A stretch of DNA of 41,208 nt, taken from Tubiluchus corallicola. Taxonomy: Eukaryota; Animalia; Priapulida. The notes under the pieces were generated by a model. The model saw only the letters and a list, made by a program, of their open reading frames with translations. It was not told the DNA's origin and did no database searches. The stretch spans positions 1 to 41,208 of the forward strand of contig JAQGDQ010001436.1 in the NCBI GenBank assembly GCA_030141605.1. The letters are read 5' to 3'. This document shows, one piece after another, positions 1-12,926 of this stretch (its first letter is position 1; each line of letters begins with the position of its first letter). The position numbers and the translations under genes were made by a program.

Positions 1-1020
1 GTAAACTAAATCTCTTAATAATGAAACTTTATTAGGCTGGCATAGTTGACAAAATACACTTGGTATAAGAAATAATTTATTATATTATTTGTGCTTCAGT
101 GATGAGAAAGACTATTATCTGCTTTGTTATCCCTGAGTGGGTCTTAACTGTTTAATAAACAATTGTTGTGAAGTATTTAGACATAGATATAAAACAAATA
201 ATAATAATCGCTGTTATATATATATATATATATATATTTATTTAAAATGTTGGTGAGCTGTTTTTCAGTTTTCGTATAGACTTATACGAAAACTTATATA
301 TATATATAAGATTGAAGTAAAGATATGAATTATTATGGTTAAAGTAAAATCGTTTATAATAGAAACACAACTTACAATTACTGAGAACTAGTAAGTGGAT
401 GGAAGACACAGGCCTAATTGTAAACGTCTCATATTTTCACGTTTAAACATTAATTTATAAGAATAAACGGCCAATATGCTTTGACCTGCCTTCCGTTTAT
501 ATGCTTCAGTTATGGTTCATATAATAACATAAATTAATTGTATATTTTATTGTTTTAATTGTGCATTTTTCACTCGACTATTTCTAGTTTGAGTACATTT
601 TTCAGTGCTCTTGTGCCAATTATATATATATATATTTGTTTTCATTCACACAGAAATTATTTATGCATTTCCCGTTATAAAAAGTATCTGTTTTTATAAC
701 TACTTGTATACAATGGGAAAACATGTATTACTATTGAAAAACATTAAAAAATTTGACACTTACAACATAAAAACTGAATAAATAGAATAAAGTAAAAAGA
801 AATAGTTAATGCCACTTGATGAATTCGAAATTCCTGCTTCTGTTGCTACATTAAATTATATTTCTTTTTTGTACAAGAAAATAATAAATGAAAACCACTT
901 TTAATTTAAAATTATGCAAAAACCATACTGAAATAAGTAACAATAAAATAAAGATGATAATGATGACGACAATAATAATAAAATAATGCTAATAATATTA
1001 AAAATAATAAAAATAATGTT

Positions 1021-1033
1021 AATAATAATAATG

Positions 1034-1094
<61 letters not shown>
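1021..1094 (+). repeat. (AAT)n microsatellite; mirror ~40115..40188
   Basis: Direct reading; degenerate flank from ~940. Confidence 0.95.
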
Positions 1095-1096
<2 letters not shown>

Positions 1097-1452
1097 TTAT
1101 ACTAACCAGTTTGCATATAAAGTGCTTAACATCAGGTTGCAGAGTGAAACGATTTTATGAGCTGCTTCATTACAATTTATAATTAATTAAAAGCAAAGTT
1201 TTGCAACTCAGACCGAAAACTACTAATTTTCTACAAATGTTATAATTTTTCTACCTATTATTGCAATTGGAAATACGTTAATAATTGAGTAAAGAAAGAA
1301 CTAGAAATTATTTATAGTTAAAACACCTAATATTATCTTATATTATATTATATAATATTATATATATTATTATATATTATATATTATAATATTATTATAA
1401 TATTATATATTATATATTATATTATCTATAGTTATTAGATCTTTCAATTTAC

Positions 1453-1544
1453 ATAGTTAAAAATCACGTCAAACGTTTGGAGAAAAGTACTGCTCTAGCC
1501 AGCAATAGCTCTGTCGAAACGTTTGGTTGTGGTATCTTAACTAT
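1453..1544. repeat. Short imperfect hairpin (~43-bp stem, ~6-nt loop); mirror 39665..39756
   Basis: atagttaaaaatcacgtcaaacgtttggagaaaagtactgct aligns to the reverse complement of agcaatagctctgtcgaaacgtttggttgtggtatcttaactat. Confidence 0.7.
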
Positions 1545-2619
1545 AAATGTTTTTAGTGCCTGTAGGAAAAAACTAAAAATTACATATAAAATCGGTAATT
1601 CACATGTAAAATAAACAAAAGAAAAAGCATACTAAAAAGAACAGTCAAAAACTGTTTATTTCATTTCAATACTATGAAATAATATCCTAATTTATTACAG
1701 CATATTATCACTATAATATTGTATAATAGTATGATTATAATAGTATAATTATTATTTTTAATACAGTTGTATGTAAAAATGAAGGCAGTTGAAAAACTCG
1801 AAAGATGTTTGCAACGGAAGGATTTTTTCTCTTGTTCAAATTTGCTGTACCGCGGTGTAACTTCATCATTAGTTTCATCAGCATCCCTCATTGCAAGTGT
1901 ATAGGTACCTTTCATACGTGTAGGAAACAGTAACATCTGCTAGCTACAGTATAGAATGATAAATGGACTCATTCTGGTCTGAGATTAATGTTTCTCAATA
2001 AACGATATGACACAGCGCCACAAAAAACAGTTTAAAACGCATTCAGAGCAGCCATCCGAGGGGATAGAATATTCCCCCCAATACGTCTCCGGATTCACAG
2101 GTCGCAAAAATAATACGTTTCGAACTCATTAACACGTCCGTACGTCATTAACATCAAGCTAGCATAAGTCGTAAAGTTGATTTTTGCTCACGCTGACTGA
2201 GTGTTAGCGAGTAATTACAGAGTCAGCAATAAACGTTCTAACAAAATGGCTTACACTGTTACACATTCAATCACGTGATTCAATTTGTATCTTTCATAGC
2301 AATTTGAGAGTAACGAATGTTTATGAGAGAGAGAGAGAAAGACGGGAAATCATTTGTGTTCTTGTGCGCTGTAGAGTAAAGTTGATGCATTAATGCTCTT
2401 CGAGATTTGGGATCGAAATCGGTGACGATTAGCAAAGCGGATGCCGAGAGAAGACGATCGTTACATCCATTTTTAAAAACAGGTGCAAATAAATTAATAC
2501 GTAATTACTTACCTTGTGATGTTCGTTTGTTGCGTAGTGTTCACTTCTTGAGAATGCAAAGTTAGGTTTTGCGAGGTGTCCGCACGATTTAGTGTACCTA
2601 GTTTCTTTTTCGCTATGCA

Positions 2620-2738
2620 CAACTAAAATGTGTGCGAGTGTGACAGTTTCACTTTAGTGTGGTGATGATCTGATGACGTCACGCGTAGCCTAAAGATTTC
2701 GTGTGCGCTGCTTAATCTACATGATTTCTGCCTGCCGC

Positions 2739-2769
<31 letters not shown>

Positions 2770-3060
2770 TATATCTAGTGTCCACGCCTACAGACAGCTA
2801 TACACACATATACACAGCTTTGTTTACTTTGTTATGTATCGTATCAGCTCCGTCCAAGAGTGTTGATTTGGTCGGCTTCGGGAGCAAAGTGGAGTCGAGA
2901 TAGCCATCTGAAATTCGGTACGAATAGTCGACATTCGAGCGTAGAAATAGCAACAGCGCATAGCGCGGTGTGGTCTCTTGCAGCAATAAACGCTCACTGT
3001 CGAGTATAAACCCTTGACCATGGGATACCGGGTCTTAATCGTTCCGAATTTGTTGGAGTA
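2620..3060. promoter_or_regulatory. GC/CpG-richer island with CRE, GAGA tract and forkhead motif (candidate cis-regulatory element); mirror ~38150..38590
   Basis: TGACGTCA 2674-2681, (GA)n ~2739-2770, TGTTTAC 2821-2827. Overlapping ORFs are short and unrecognisable. Confidence 0.35.
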
Positions 3061-4339
3061 ATTTAGTAATGTGTCGCACGCTTGAATTGGCGTTATACCA
3101 AAATCCTTAACTCGTCAATCAATTTATACAGAGTTCCTACCGGGTGGTCAAAAAGTGCCAAACAATCAAACTTTTTTGCAATGAAAAACGAACAGCTTGC
3201 ACTCTCAGAATGATATCATAATTATGGTAGATAAATGTCTTTTATGATGCTACATAATCATAATGACGGTTTATAACGATTTTAATTACTAAAACGATTG
3301 GACCCTTAGCGCAGAATGAATATGTTAAATAGTATAATAAAAAACTTTTATATAGTATTAAAAAACTAGTATAAGTAAAAATTTTTATATGCTATTTTTT
3401 GCGCAATTGTAACAATATATTACCCATAAACCTATAATATTTAAACCTTGGCAGTTAAAGTTTCGCTGAATGAAATTATATTACTTTCAATTATATGGCT
3501 CACAACTTAATTTTGTCATACAATTTTAAATAGCACATTGTACATTGTAAACGATAGCCATTCGAAATATTAATTATGATAATCATAGATGTCTTATTAA
3601 GTACGTTTTAAATTATTATTATTGAGATTTTTATTAAGTAGAATTTGCAGTCTGAAATAACGCGAGAAGCAGTGGTATATGCAGTTGTAAAATTTTTGGA
3701 CAAGCTATTCGTTAATTCCTCTTGTTCTAAATTTTAATCTTGCAATTTTTATATTATTCAATGAACAATGAACAATGGACAATGAACAGGTTAACAATGA
3801 ACGCTTAACTTCTAACATTGTAGGATAAAAACTCACCATCCGTTACAACGAAATGTTTAAGGTACATATATTACGAAACCAGATCCTTTTTTGACTAATA
3901 AGATCTTGTATTGTTCAAAATAGTGATTAATATTAGTTTGATAAGATAATTAATCAATAATCGTAATTTCTGTAACAGAGTTGAGGTGTCTTAAACGTGT
4001 TTAATTTTAATATAGTAGATAAATTTTTGAGAAAAAAAATCAAACTAACGTATTTTAGGACTTTATGGAGTCGTTTTTCTATGCACTAAACTAACAATCA
4101 TAATATTTCTTTTAAAAGCTTAATTACGTGTACTTTTTCAATTGTACATACATAAAAACGTACCTATATACTTTATTTGCGATAAAGTAGATTACAATAA
4201 AATTATAATCATTTTCGTTACGTCATAGGCTATAATTTGCAAATAATGATGCAATTATAATGATAGGAATATTTAGAGCTCACAAGCGTAAAGTTATCCG
4301 TATAATAATTAGGAATTTTTGAACTAACTTTTATATTAA

Positions 4340-5008
4340 GTATAGTACAGTTAGGAATGCCTGAGTAGACAATATACTTGAATGAAAACACACAAAATAT
4401 GTCAAAATTGTCCAGTTTTTAAACATTTTTTTCAAAGCTTGAATGGGAGGCCTATAGAGAGGCATTTCTAAATTGACTGCATTGCTTGCTTTTTCTGTTA
4501 ACTTGTCACATTATGATTACTGATTGCTTTTGTTCATTTATTACATTTAATACTTACTGCACAAATTTTCTTCCTTTTATTTTATTTTTGTTTTTTTGCA
4601 TTCATTATTTAACTACATTTTCGTTCATTTGCTGCATTTTAGTTCACTCGCTGCATTTATGATTTAACCAGATTGCTTGCTTTTTTGTTGTTGCATTCGT
4701 GACTTGTTCAGTTGTTGTTTTAATTTTTAATTGCATTATTTGCTTGCTTTTTTCCATTGGTACAATTATAATATAACTGCTTTGCATTTCATTTATTTGC
4801 TACACTTAAGATCTAACCACGTATTATTCACTTAACTATGCAGTCTGCCGTGCTTTATAATATTTCTAAGTTATATAGGGGTGGCTGACTCGATGACCTC
4901 CTGGTCTTTCGCCACCCCATCTCTACATACTTTACATAATTTGTTGTATTTGTGCTATAAATATTAGAGATGAATAAAACCTTTGAATTGAATTGAATTG
5001 AATTGAAC
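4340..5008 (+). mobile_element. Degenerate 3' end of a non-LTR retrotransposon (CR1/L2-like)
   Basis: Stem-loop ggggtggc(4878-85)...gccacccc(4911-18), AATAAA (4973), then a (TTGAA)x5 tail (~4983-5008); T-rich UTR-like sequence upstream. The 5' boundary is uncertain. Confidence 0.6.
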
Positions 5009-5025
5009 TAAGAGACCAATAGAGT

Positions 5026-5649
5026 CAGAACCGGCTGTACTACTAGGCAGACTAGGCAGTTGACAAGGACGCTAATTTTTAGAAGAAATTCATTAATTTT
5101 CAAGTTTAGTATTAGTTATAACATAATGTATGTATAATTGCTTAATCGCCCAACTTGCGTTACTTTCATATCAAAATAAACCTTCAGAATCGAAGCCTTC
5201 GGGACCCTAATATAGAACACGAAAGGTAAAAAAGCTGGCAGACATTGAACAGAAAAAAGATAATGAGGTGGATGTATGTGAAAAAGGGGAGTCAGTGTTT
5301 CAAAAAAAAATTTTGATGAGAAAGCCAAGAGTCTGTACATGAAGGTCTTGCAGCAGAAATTATAGAAATTTTAATTGCTTCTGATTTGAGAGCTAGGACC
5401 TACAATGACGTCATAAATTCAATTTCAAATGAAATCAACACAAGCTGTAGATATGTAATTAACTATAGGTAATTAGTAAACTATAGATTAGTACACTATG
5501 GTACATGTATAAGCCCAGGCACCATTGTACTTTATTATATGCTTCAAAACTTCAATTTTGTGGTGGGGACCATGAGGAAGAAGTTGACCGTTAAGGGGGG
5601 GGCTAAAACAATTTTTGCCCAGGCCGTACAACTGCTTAAGCCAGCTCTG
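5026..5649. mobile_element. Non-autonomous hAT-type MITE (624 bp)
   Basis: TIRs cagaaccggct / agccagctctg (9/11 match); 8-bp TSD aatagagt (5018-25) / gatagagt (5650-57); subterminal taggcagactaggcag repeats. No transposase. Confidence 0.75.
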
Positions 5650-7814
5650 GATAGAGTAGATTTTTTAACTTGGTCCTTTTGTTCAAATTTTCGTAGGACT
5701 AGTACATTTGCAGTAAAGTAAGACTAATTTACTCGTGTATTTAGTGTCTGGATTGACATTTGAAAGTCCATCGGTTGAAGGAAAACCGGGAGAAACCAAC
5801 GCGAATGTAAAATTAGAACTTCAGTCACGAGAAATACGATTGAAAGGTCGTAAAATTCATTCCTAGATTTGGGTGGGCGTGAGGAAAACCCGAGAGAAAA
5901 CTAAACGATTTCAGTTTATCGCTTCTCAGCCGCTAATTATCCAATTAATTTCTCAAGAAGCTGTTTGCACGAAGACCGTGCGAGTCTGATAAATCATTGT
6001 TGCAATTTGTGGTTTGCTAACACAACTTAGATAAACTACTAACTTACTCAGGGTAATGTTAACGCGCTTACAATCAACCTTAGACGAATTGAATAATTAT
6101 CAGCCTCGGTTTCAGTTTTCGAATAAGATGGAAGCGAAATTCGTGAATCCTGATTGTTAAAGTACAAGAAAATCCTCCACTTACATAAAACTTAAAAAAA
6201 TCGTCTTGAAATTTTACACCACTTACATACTGGCTTTTTGCATGCAAGGCTTGCGCCGACAGTAACGCTGTATAAAACTTGTAAAGGTAAACTCCCGCAA
6301 TCACCCTTAGAGGCAGCCATTCTAATGGTAGATCGTTTGAAACAAGTTTAGATAACACTGCATGAAGTTTGAAAAAATAATCAGAGCATTCATAGCACAC
6401 ATGTTACTGACTAAGTAAAATTACTGTATCTTTTCAATAAGATTAAAAATACGTTTTTGGTTAGTGAGTGGCGCACCCTGGAGGGTGAGTCAGTGACATT
6501 TTACCAATTGGCACAAACATTTTAAATTATTATTTCTAGTTACGTAAGTCTTTTCAGCAGGTAAGTGAAATGCTAAGTTATATAGATTTGCATGGAAAGT
6601 TTTTGGGTCATAATTTAACATTTCCTTTTCTTCCCTTGATTTACGTTTGCGTTGGTGACGTCATGTAATGGCGACTTCGGTACAGTATTGCGGGAGATTT
6701 AAAATGAAGACAAACAAAAATTATTTTCAACGCGAGTACGATATGTGCATAAAATTGCCTTAAAGTAGTATAATTTTTTAGGCAATTTTTCAGAAACCCA
6801 CTTCAGGTACCCCCTTTCCTTGTCTTTTAAAGACAATTTTCTTTGCACTGGCATAAGTAATTATATTTAACTCCTTCAGTACAGTAAAATCTTGTCATTT
6901 AAAATAAAAAGGAAAACGATTAATATAGTTTGTCCACTGTGGTAATAAGACGCTTGATTTGCTCCTTGATTAATAGTTTTTTTAAAACCGACGAGACATT
7001 TTATTTTTTTCGTTTTCGTTCTTATTTAGCCATCTGTCCTTCTTGTCTTCTGTATTTTTTTAATTTTCATCAAAATTTCTTTTTTCTGCCGTCTTGCGAT
7101 TTTCCTTTATTTAAGCTTCAGTTGGCTTGTTTGTAACGGAAAGGAAAAAATTTCACTTTTCCTTGAAGAATTTTCACGCGTCATTACTATAAACCTATCA
7201 TCAAAACCTCAGTGTCCAATCAAAGTTCACGATTTTTTGAAATGTTGTCACAAGCCACGCCTTCATTGCATCACATGCAAAATGTCTGACAAGCAAGTCA
7301 ACTCTAACTGCTACAATATTGTTCTCTTAATTTCGGCATCATTGATGACGTAATCAACGAAAATTATTAAATATTTGAAAAAAACGTGACTGAATGATTA
7401 TGAACCAGCTGGTGAGTCACCTATGTATATATTGTAGGTGTAAATAATAACAAAGACGTTTTGGGAATGATAGAGCCGTAGAGCATCGTGTATTTTACCG
7501 GACTGATTTTTAATACAAAAATTCTCATGAGATACAATGTAACGTTATTAACGTATCATATGTTACATACAATCTCAAATTTTATTTTTAATGCCTGCCT
7601 TATCCATCATTAATTAACATTTCTGAAAATAAGATAGTTTAATTAATTAATTACAGATTATAGCTAATTATAAATCAAAAGGTTAATGTGAATTAGGAAA
7701 TCAATTTAATTTGGTAGTGATTGTCCCAGTGTTAGTATTAAAATCTGGAAATCTCGGAATATTTTTGATATATGTACTGTGTGGAATAAATCTCTTTTTA
7801 ATCTAATAAAAATG

Positions 7815-8069
7815 CTAGTATTAATTTCTTATTAATATATATTCGATTTTCTTTTCTTGACTAACAATATTCAAAATAAGTAAATACTAAATAATAGACA
7901 AAAAATATAAAAACTAGTATTAATTTCTTATTAATATTAACTCGACTTTCTTTTCTTGACTGGCAATATTCAAAATAAGTAAATACTAAATAATAGACAA
8001 AAAATATAAAAAACTAGTATTAATTTCTTATTAATATTAACTCGACTTTCTTTTCTTGACAAGCAATAT
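7815..8069 (+). repeat. ~100-bp tandem repeat, ~2.6 copies; mirror ~33136..33390
   Basis: Unit ctagtattaatttcttattaat... starts at 7815, 7914 and 8014. Confidence 0.9.
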
Positions 8070-8270
8070 TTAAAAGAACAAAAGAACGTTTGTTGTATTT
8101 ACAAGCTGCATTATTCATATAGATTCATTTGCAAATGGAGACGATGCAAAGCGTATTGATCTTTCGAATTGTTTTATCGAAATATATTGATTCAACATAG
8201 GGTGTAACTTCTAAACTACCGTCTCTGAGACTTAATGTAAAGCTACCAAATCCCTGGTTGTTCAACTTAA

Positions 8271-8706
8271 CCCTTTCAGTCCCAAATTATTTTTAATAAG
8301 AAAACATTTTTTGGCTTGGTACTTTTGTTCCCAATGTATCCTGTGGGATACACAACATTCTTTGTTATGTGCAAAAAACAAAGTCCGACTTTTTTAAAAA
8401 CACAACAAAAGTAAAAAATCTGCTTCATTTTGCAACTGCTGATAATTTTTTAAAGTATTTAAGACATTTAGTATGCATGCTATGCTGATCTGTACAAAGT
8501 CATCTCTACAGTACTGTACCTTGCGCAGTTTTTTATGCTTTGTAGATTTTCTAGTTTGCCATTTTATCATCATTTTTAGTCTATTGTTATTGGCTTAAAT
8601 CAAAATAACTATTAACAGATCAAATAACTGTTAGTTTTAAAATTTTATTAATTTTAAAGGCAGAAAATATTCTCGTATCCCACGGGATACAACGGGTATG
8701 AAAGGG
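8271..8706. mobile_element. Non-autonomous piggyBac-type MITE (436 bp)
   Basis: TTAA TSDs (8267-70, 8707-10); TIRs ccctttcagtccc / gggtatgaaaggg with CCC...GGG ends; subterminal quasi-palindromes gtatcctgtgggatac and gtatcccacgggatac. Confidence 0.9.
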
Positions 8707-8869
8707 TTAAGTAATATTGGAGTTTTCTTACGATATCCAGGCAACAGAAATACGTTTAGGCTCATAAATATAGAGTGCATAAGATAAAACTATTGTGTTA
8801 CATATTTTCGTATTCGGGGAGCTGCGCCCATGACTTTACTACACCTATTTTGATTTAGTATGCATAGAT

Positions 8870-9190
8870 GACAGTTTGGATGCGTTGCCCACTGTCCGGC
8901 GGCTGGATAATTTATGACGGTGTGCTGCTAGATTCCATACATAATGACCGCATCGGCACCAGAATAACACTCCGTGGGGCTGTTAGGTACATGCGTGCGT
9001 GTCCAAGAAGAAACTGCCCCACATAGGATGGACAGGTCATAAAGTTGCCGGCCCGCGGTTTATGACTGCCTATTTTCAACTTTACTGCATCCTGTCATGC
9101 AGATGTTCCCTTTGCATCTACCGCCCAGGCTGCAGCAGCAGTAGCAAGCAACAGAAATCTGAATTGTTCTGTTCATGGTGGTAAGCTATA
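8870..9190. promoter_or_regulatory. GC-rich island with three TTTATGAC (Cdx/AbdB-type) sites; mirror ~32015..32335
   Basis: TTTATGAC 8911, GTCATAAA 9036, TTTATGAC 9059; the last two form an inverted pair 15 bp apart. Confidence 0.4.
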
Positions 9191-9839
9191 AACAGATAGA
9201 TGAAATTACATTTTTATACGTGTGGACACCATGCAGGCTGAAAGAATTGTGCCTGTATAATGCAGACTTTATTACACAGTATAGGGGTCAGCATTGCTCC
9301 TTGATGAACACTGTATTAGAACGTCCAAAGTAAGTTTCAACCCAGAGCTATGGGTTTGGTATTTGTAATACAAATAAAACACCAATTTACAATCCAAAAA
9401 CGTTCTAATATAGTAGCCTGCATAAACTTTTTTTAAACATATAATTCCAAGTTTCTAGACACGCTTTACGTGGTTCCATGCGAAATCATTTTGCCAATTT
9501 TTAATCAACTCACGTCTTTCTGTAAAGGAAATAATTTTCGCGTCTAAGACTTTAAGGTCTGTTTGATACTATCAATTTTATTACACTGTCAGCTGAATAC
9601 TCAATATGACTTTTTTGTCAATTCGAAAATGTATTGAGCACACTTCTCGTGTGAACTACACAGATCTGATTTTTCATTTTTTAATCTTTTAAACAAGCGT
9701 ATTACCAGTTATGAGTCATTCAACCCACATCGTGAAACAATGTGAGCCTAATTAACAAGTCAAATATCAATTAGTCAAACAGCATTAAGAAAATTTTGTT
9801 TATACGTATTTTTACTCGCCTCATTAATCAAAGCATACA

Positions 9840-10260
9840 CAATGACAGTTGTGTACAAATTAATTACATTAGTATAACGCCATTAGTTACCAGCCCTAAT
9901 GAATATGACAGAGGCCTGGAGACCCACTGCATGTGCATTTATAAATTTATTATAGTTCATATATGTATATGTACATAGGATTACGTTTGCCTCGTGATTG
10001 TGATAAATGACGAGCGTCTCTGTTGACTCCATTGCTGACAAAGTACGCACAGCCATGTTTGTCAAACTTTCCAGAATTCATACACCTCCCCACAACTGTA
10101 ATAAAGTTCCTAGCAAACTGCTGGCTATTGAAATCATCGCCAGAGAGCCTTGGACACGTCAGCAGAGTTGACAGGTTGGACAGGGCGACGTTCTTATGAT
10201 GAATGTGAGGCCCCTGTGCCATTGTGTTAGCCTGACAGCTATGAGGTCTGCTTTAAACTT
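9840..10260. promoter_or_regulatory. Island with clustered TGACA(G) TALE-homeodomain (Meis/Hth-type) motifs; mirror ~30945..31365
   Basis: TGACAG at 9843, 9906, 10169, 10233; TGACA 10036; TGTCA 10060. Confidence 0.35.
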
Positions 10261-11124
10261 TTAACGCATAATAGTTTTATAATACCAGCCCAAGACAGCC
10301 AATTCCGTGGAAAAAAGCGTCGAGATTAGATCACGTGATATCCTTATATGGGAAAAGCTGCAATTGAGTTGCAACGTTCGTTGCTTTGATGATAGGGCCC
10401 AGAGTTTTTTGGAATTTTCCTAGTTTCTCAAAATTACACTTGCTCGCTTATTATTGGTAAAGGTAATAATATCTTATGAGAGTTACAGAGTTGAATGGAC
10501 CCGTTTATAAAAGTTATTTCGTAACATAGTTTTTCCAAATACATTTTTTTCAGCGTCTGTTTATTTCCTGACTCACAAGCACAACGTATTAACTGCTGTG
10601 AATCATACTACACATGACGCTTAACGGATCTTTCTGTTGGAAATAACTATTATCAGTCCATAATGTGTTTTCTGATAATTAAGGTTTTCCTTATTAGGAA
10701 TACAGGTGTGTCAATCCGGTTACCGTCTTGGAGCATTTTCTTATTACATTTTTTACGCACTTTATTTGTGATTTCTCTATTTTGTATATACATTTCTCTA
10801 CGGATTTTTTTCTTTTTGTCGAGTCATCACGACCTGCGCAGGCCACACTAACTGAGTATTTAAGTGCATATTATTGTAAGTGTAATTGTAATTATGTAAT
10901 TATGTGTCAGGTGGCATCACAGAAATTTTGATCACCATAGTTTAATACGAAGTTAATGGAATCGCTTGCAAATTGTCAGAATGATGGGACAGCGGTCGGT
11001 TTTGCATAAACACGCACAAAAAACTTCTGAGGTCGTTTGATCAGATTTTTCCAAAATTACAGCAGTTTTAGAACAACAAACCAGAAAAGATGCTGGAGAA
11101 AATGCGAGTCAATGTTAAAACTTA

Positions 11125-11348
11125 CAGCAAGTGGGCTAGGTGTCTACTGTACTGTACAGCAAGCGGGCTAGGTGTCCACTGTACTGTACAGCAAGTGGGC
11201 TAGGTGTCCACTGTACTGTACAGCAAGTGGGCTAGGTGTCCACTGTACTGTACAGCAAGTGGGCTAGGTGTCCACTGTACTGTACAGCAAGTGGGCTAGG
11301 TGTCCACTGTACTGTACAGCAAGTGGGCTAGGTGTCCACTGTACTGTA
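11125..11348 (+). repeat. 32-bp minisatellite, 7 copies
   Basis: Unit cagcaagtgggctaggtgtccactgtactgta at 11125, 11157 ... 11317; no spacers. Confidence 0.97.
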
Positions 11349-12438
11349 CTAGACGAAGACGTTTCTTTTAACAGCTGACGTTGTTTCTCACTTCATTGAA
11401 GGGCATTTCATTGAAGTACTCAGTAATTTTTGTCTTTAGTTCCTCTGTATTCAAACGGGCTCCTCAGCCGTTAATTAAGATTTTAGTCTATTATTTAATT
11501 ATCAGAAACGCTTTTGCTATATTAATGGCGTTAAAATGTATACTTTTTATCGGATTTGAAAATGGTGAAGGATATGAAAAACCATCCTGTCTTCCTCTAA
11601 GTTTCAGTACATTTTTTCTACACCACCCTTTATTATCTGTAACTACCCCCAAAACGGAAGAAGTAAAATCAGTGTATGCTTGAACCACAGTAGCTCGAGC
11701 TACGCGCGAGGTGAAACCGGTTACTAACGATCTTCATTAATTTATCAGCATTTCTTGACAAGCTACCTAAGGTTAATTAGTTTTTAAATTTGGGTCCCCT
11801 TTCTCTTACGTCTGTTGACCCTTTGCGGGGTAAATGCACTAATTTTGTCGCCTCTTTTGTTTTTAATTACCTGATTAATTAGTTACGAATTTGAGGGGAA
11901 AATTAGCTACAGTACCTGTTGTGATATTCGTTCGGATACGTTCTCGAAAATAAAATTGAAATTGGCAAAAACCGAGAATTAAAAAACTAAGACATTATTT
12001 TACATAATTTTATTAACTGGAAACTTAGGAAAGTCTTTAGAGTCACTTATTATTTCTTACTTCTTGGAAGCCAAATTAATATTGGTGATTGATTATTCAC
12101 ATAATTATGAAACAGGGGGGTGTAGACAATTATATATAAACTTTATTTTTGAAGTCGACTAAAAAGATTATGATTATTAGTTTATATACCAATATTAATT
12201 CACCGTATATACATTCGAATTCTCACAACTGTCATTTCATCTCTATAAAAATATATAATATAATTGGCAATCAGTTGTTTCTCTTTTTATTTTATTCTTA
12301 TTTTGGTTATATTTGTGCTTTGGAAATATTATCATGACTTGATAATCGTCATAACATCATCGTACTAACATCTTTCATTCGTGTATTTCTATCTTCAACA
12401 TGCTGAATTTCTACCTTTTCAAATTTTGTCCTCATTCT

Positions 12439-12926
<488 letters not shown>

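Noticed and set aside
3025-3055. ttccgaatttgt resembling the 3' half of miR-10
   Set aside because: Seed ACCCTGT is absent and there is no supporting hairpin.
11125-11348. 32-bp repeats as a CRISPR array
   Set aside because: Units are head-to-tail with no spacers; no cas genes; eukaryotic context.
1661-11688. Remaining 60-106-aa ORFs that are identical in both arms
   Set aside because: Identity follows from the duplication; no recognisable domains, and many begin at non-ATG codons.
11690-11703. Perfect 14-bp palindrome gtagctcgagctac
   Set aside because: Isolated; about chance expectation at this window size.
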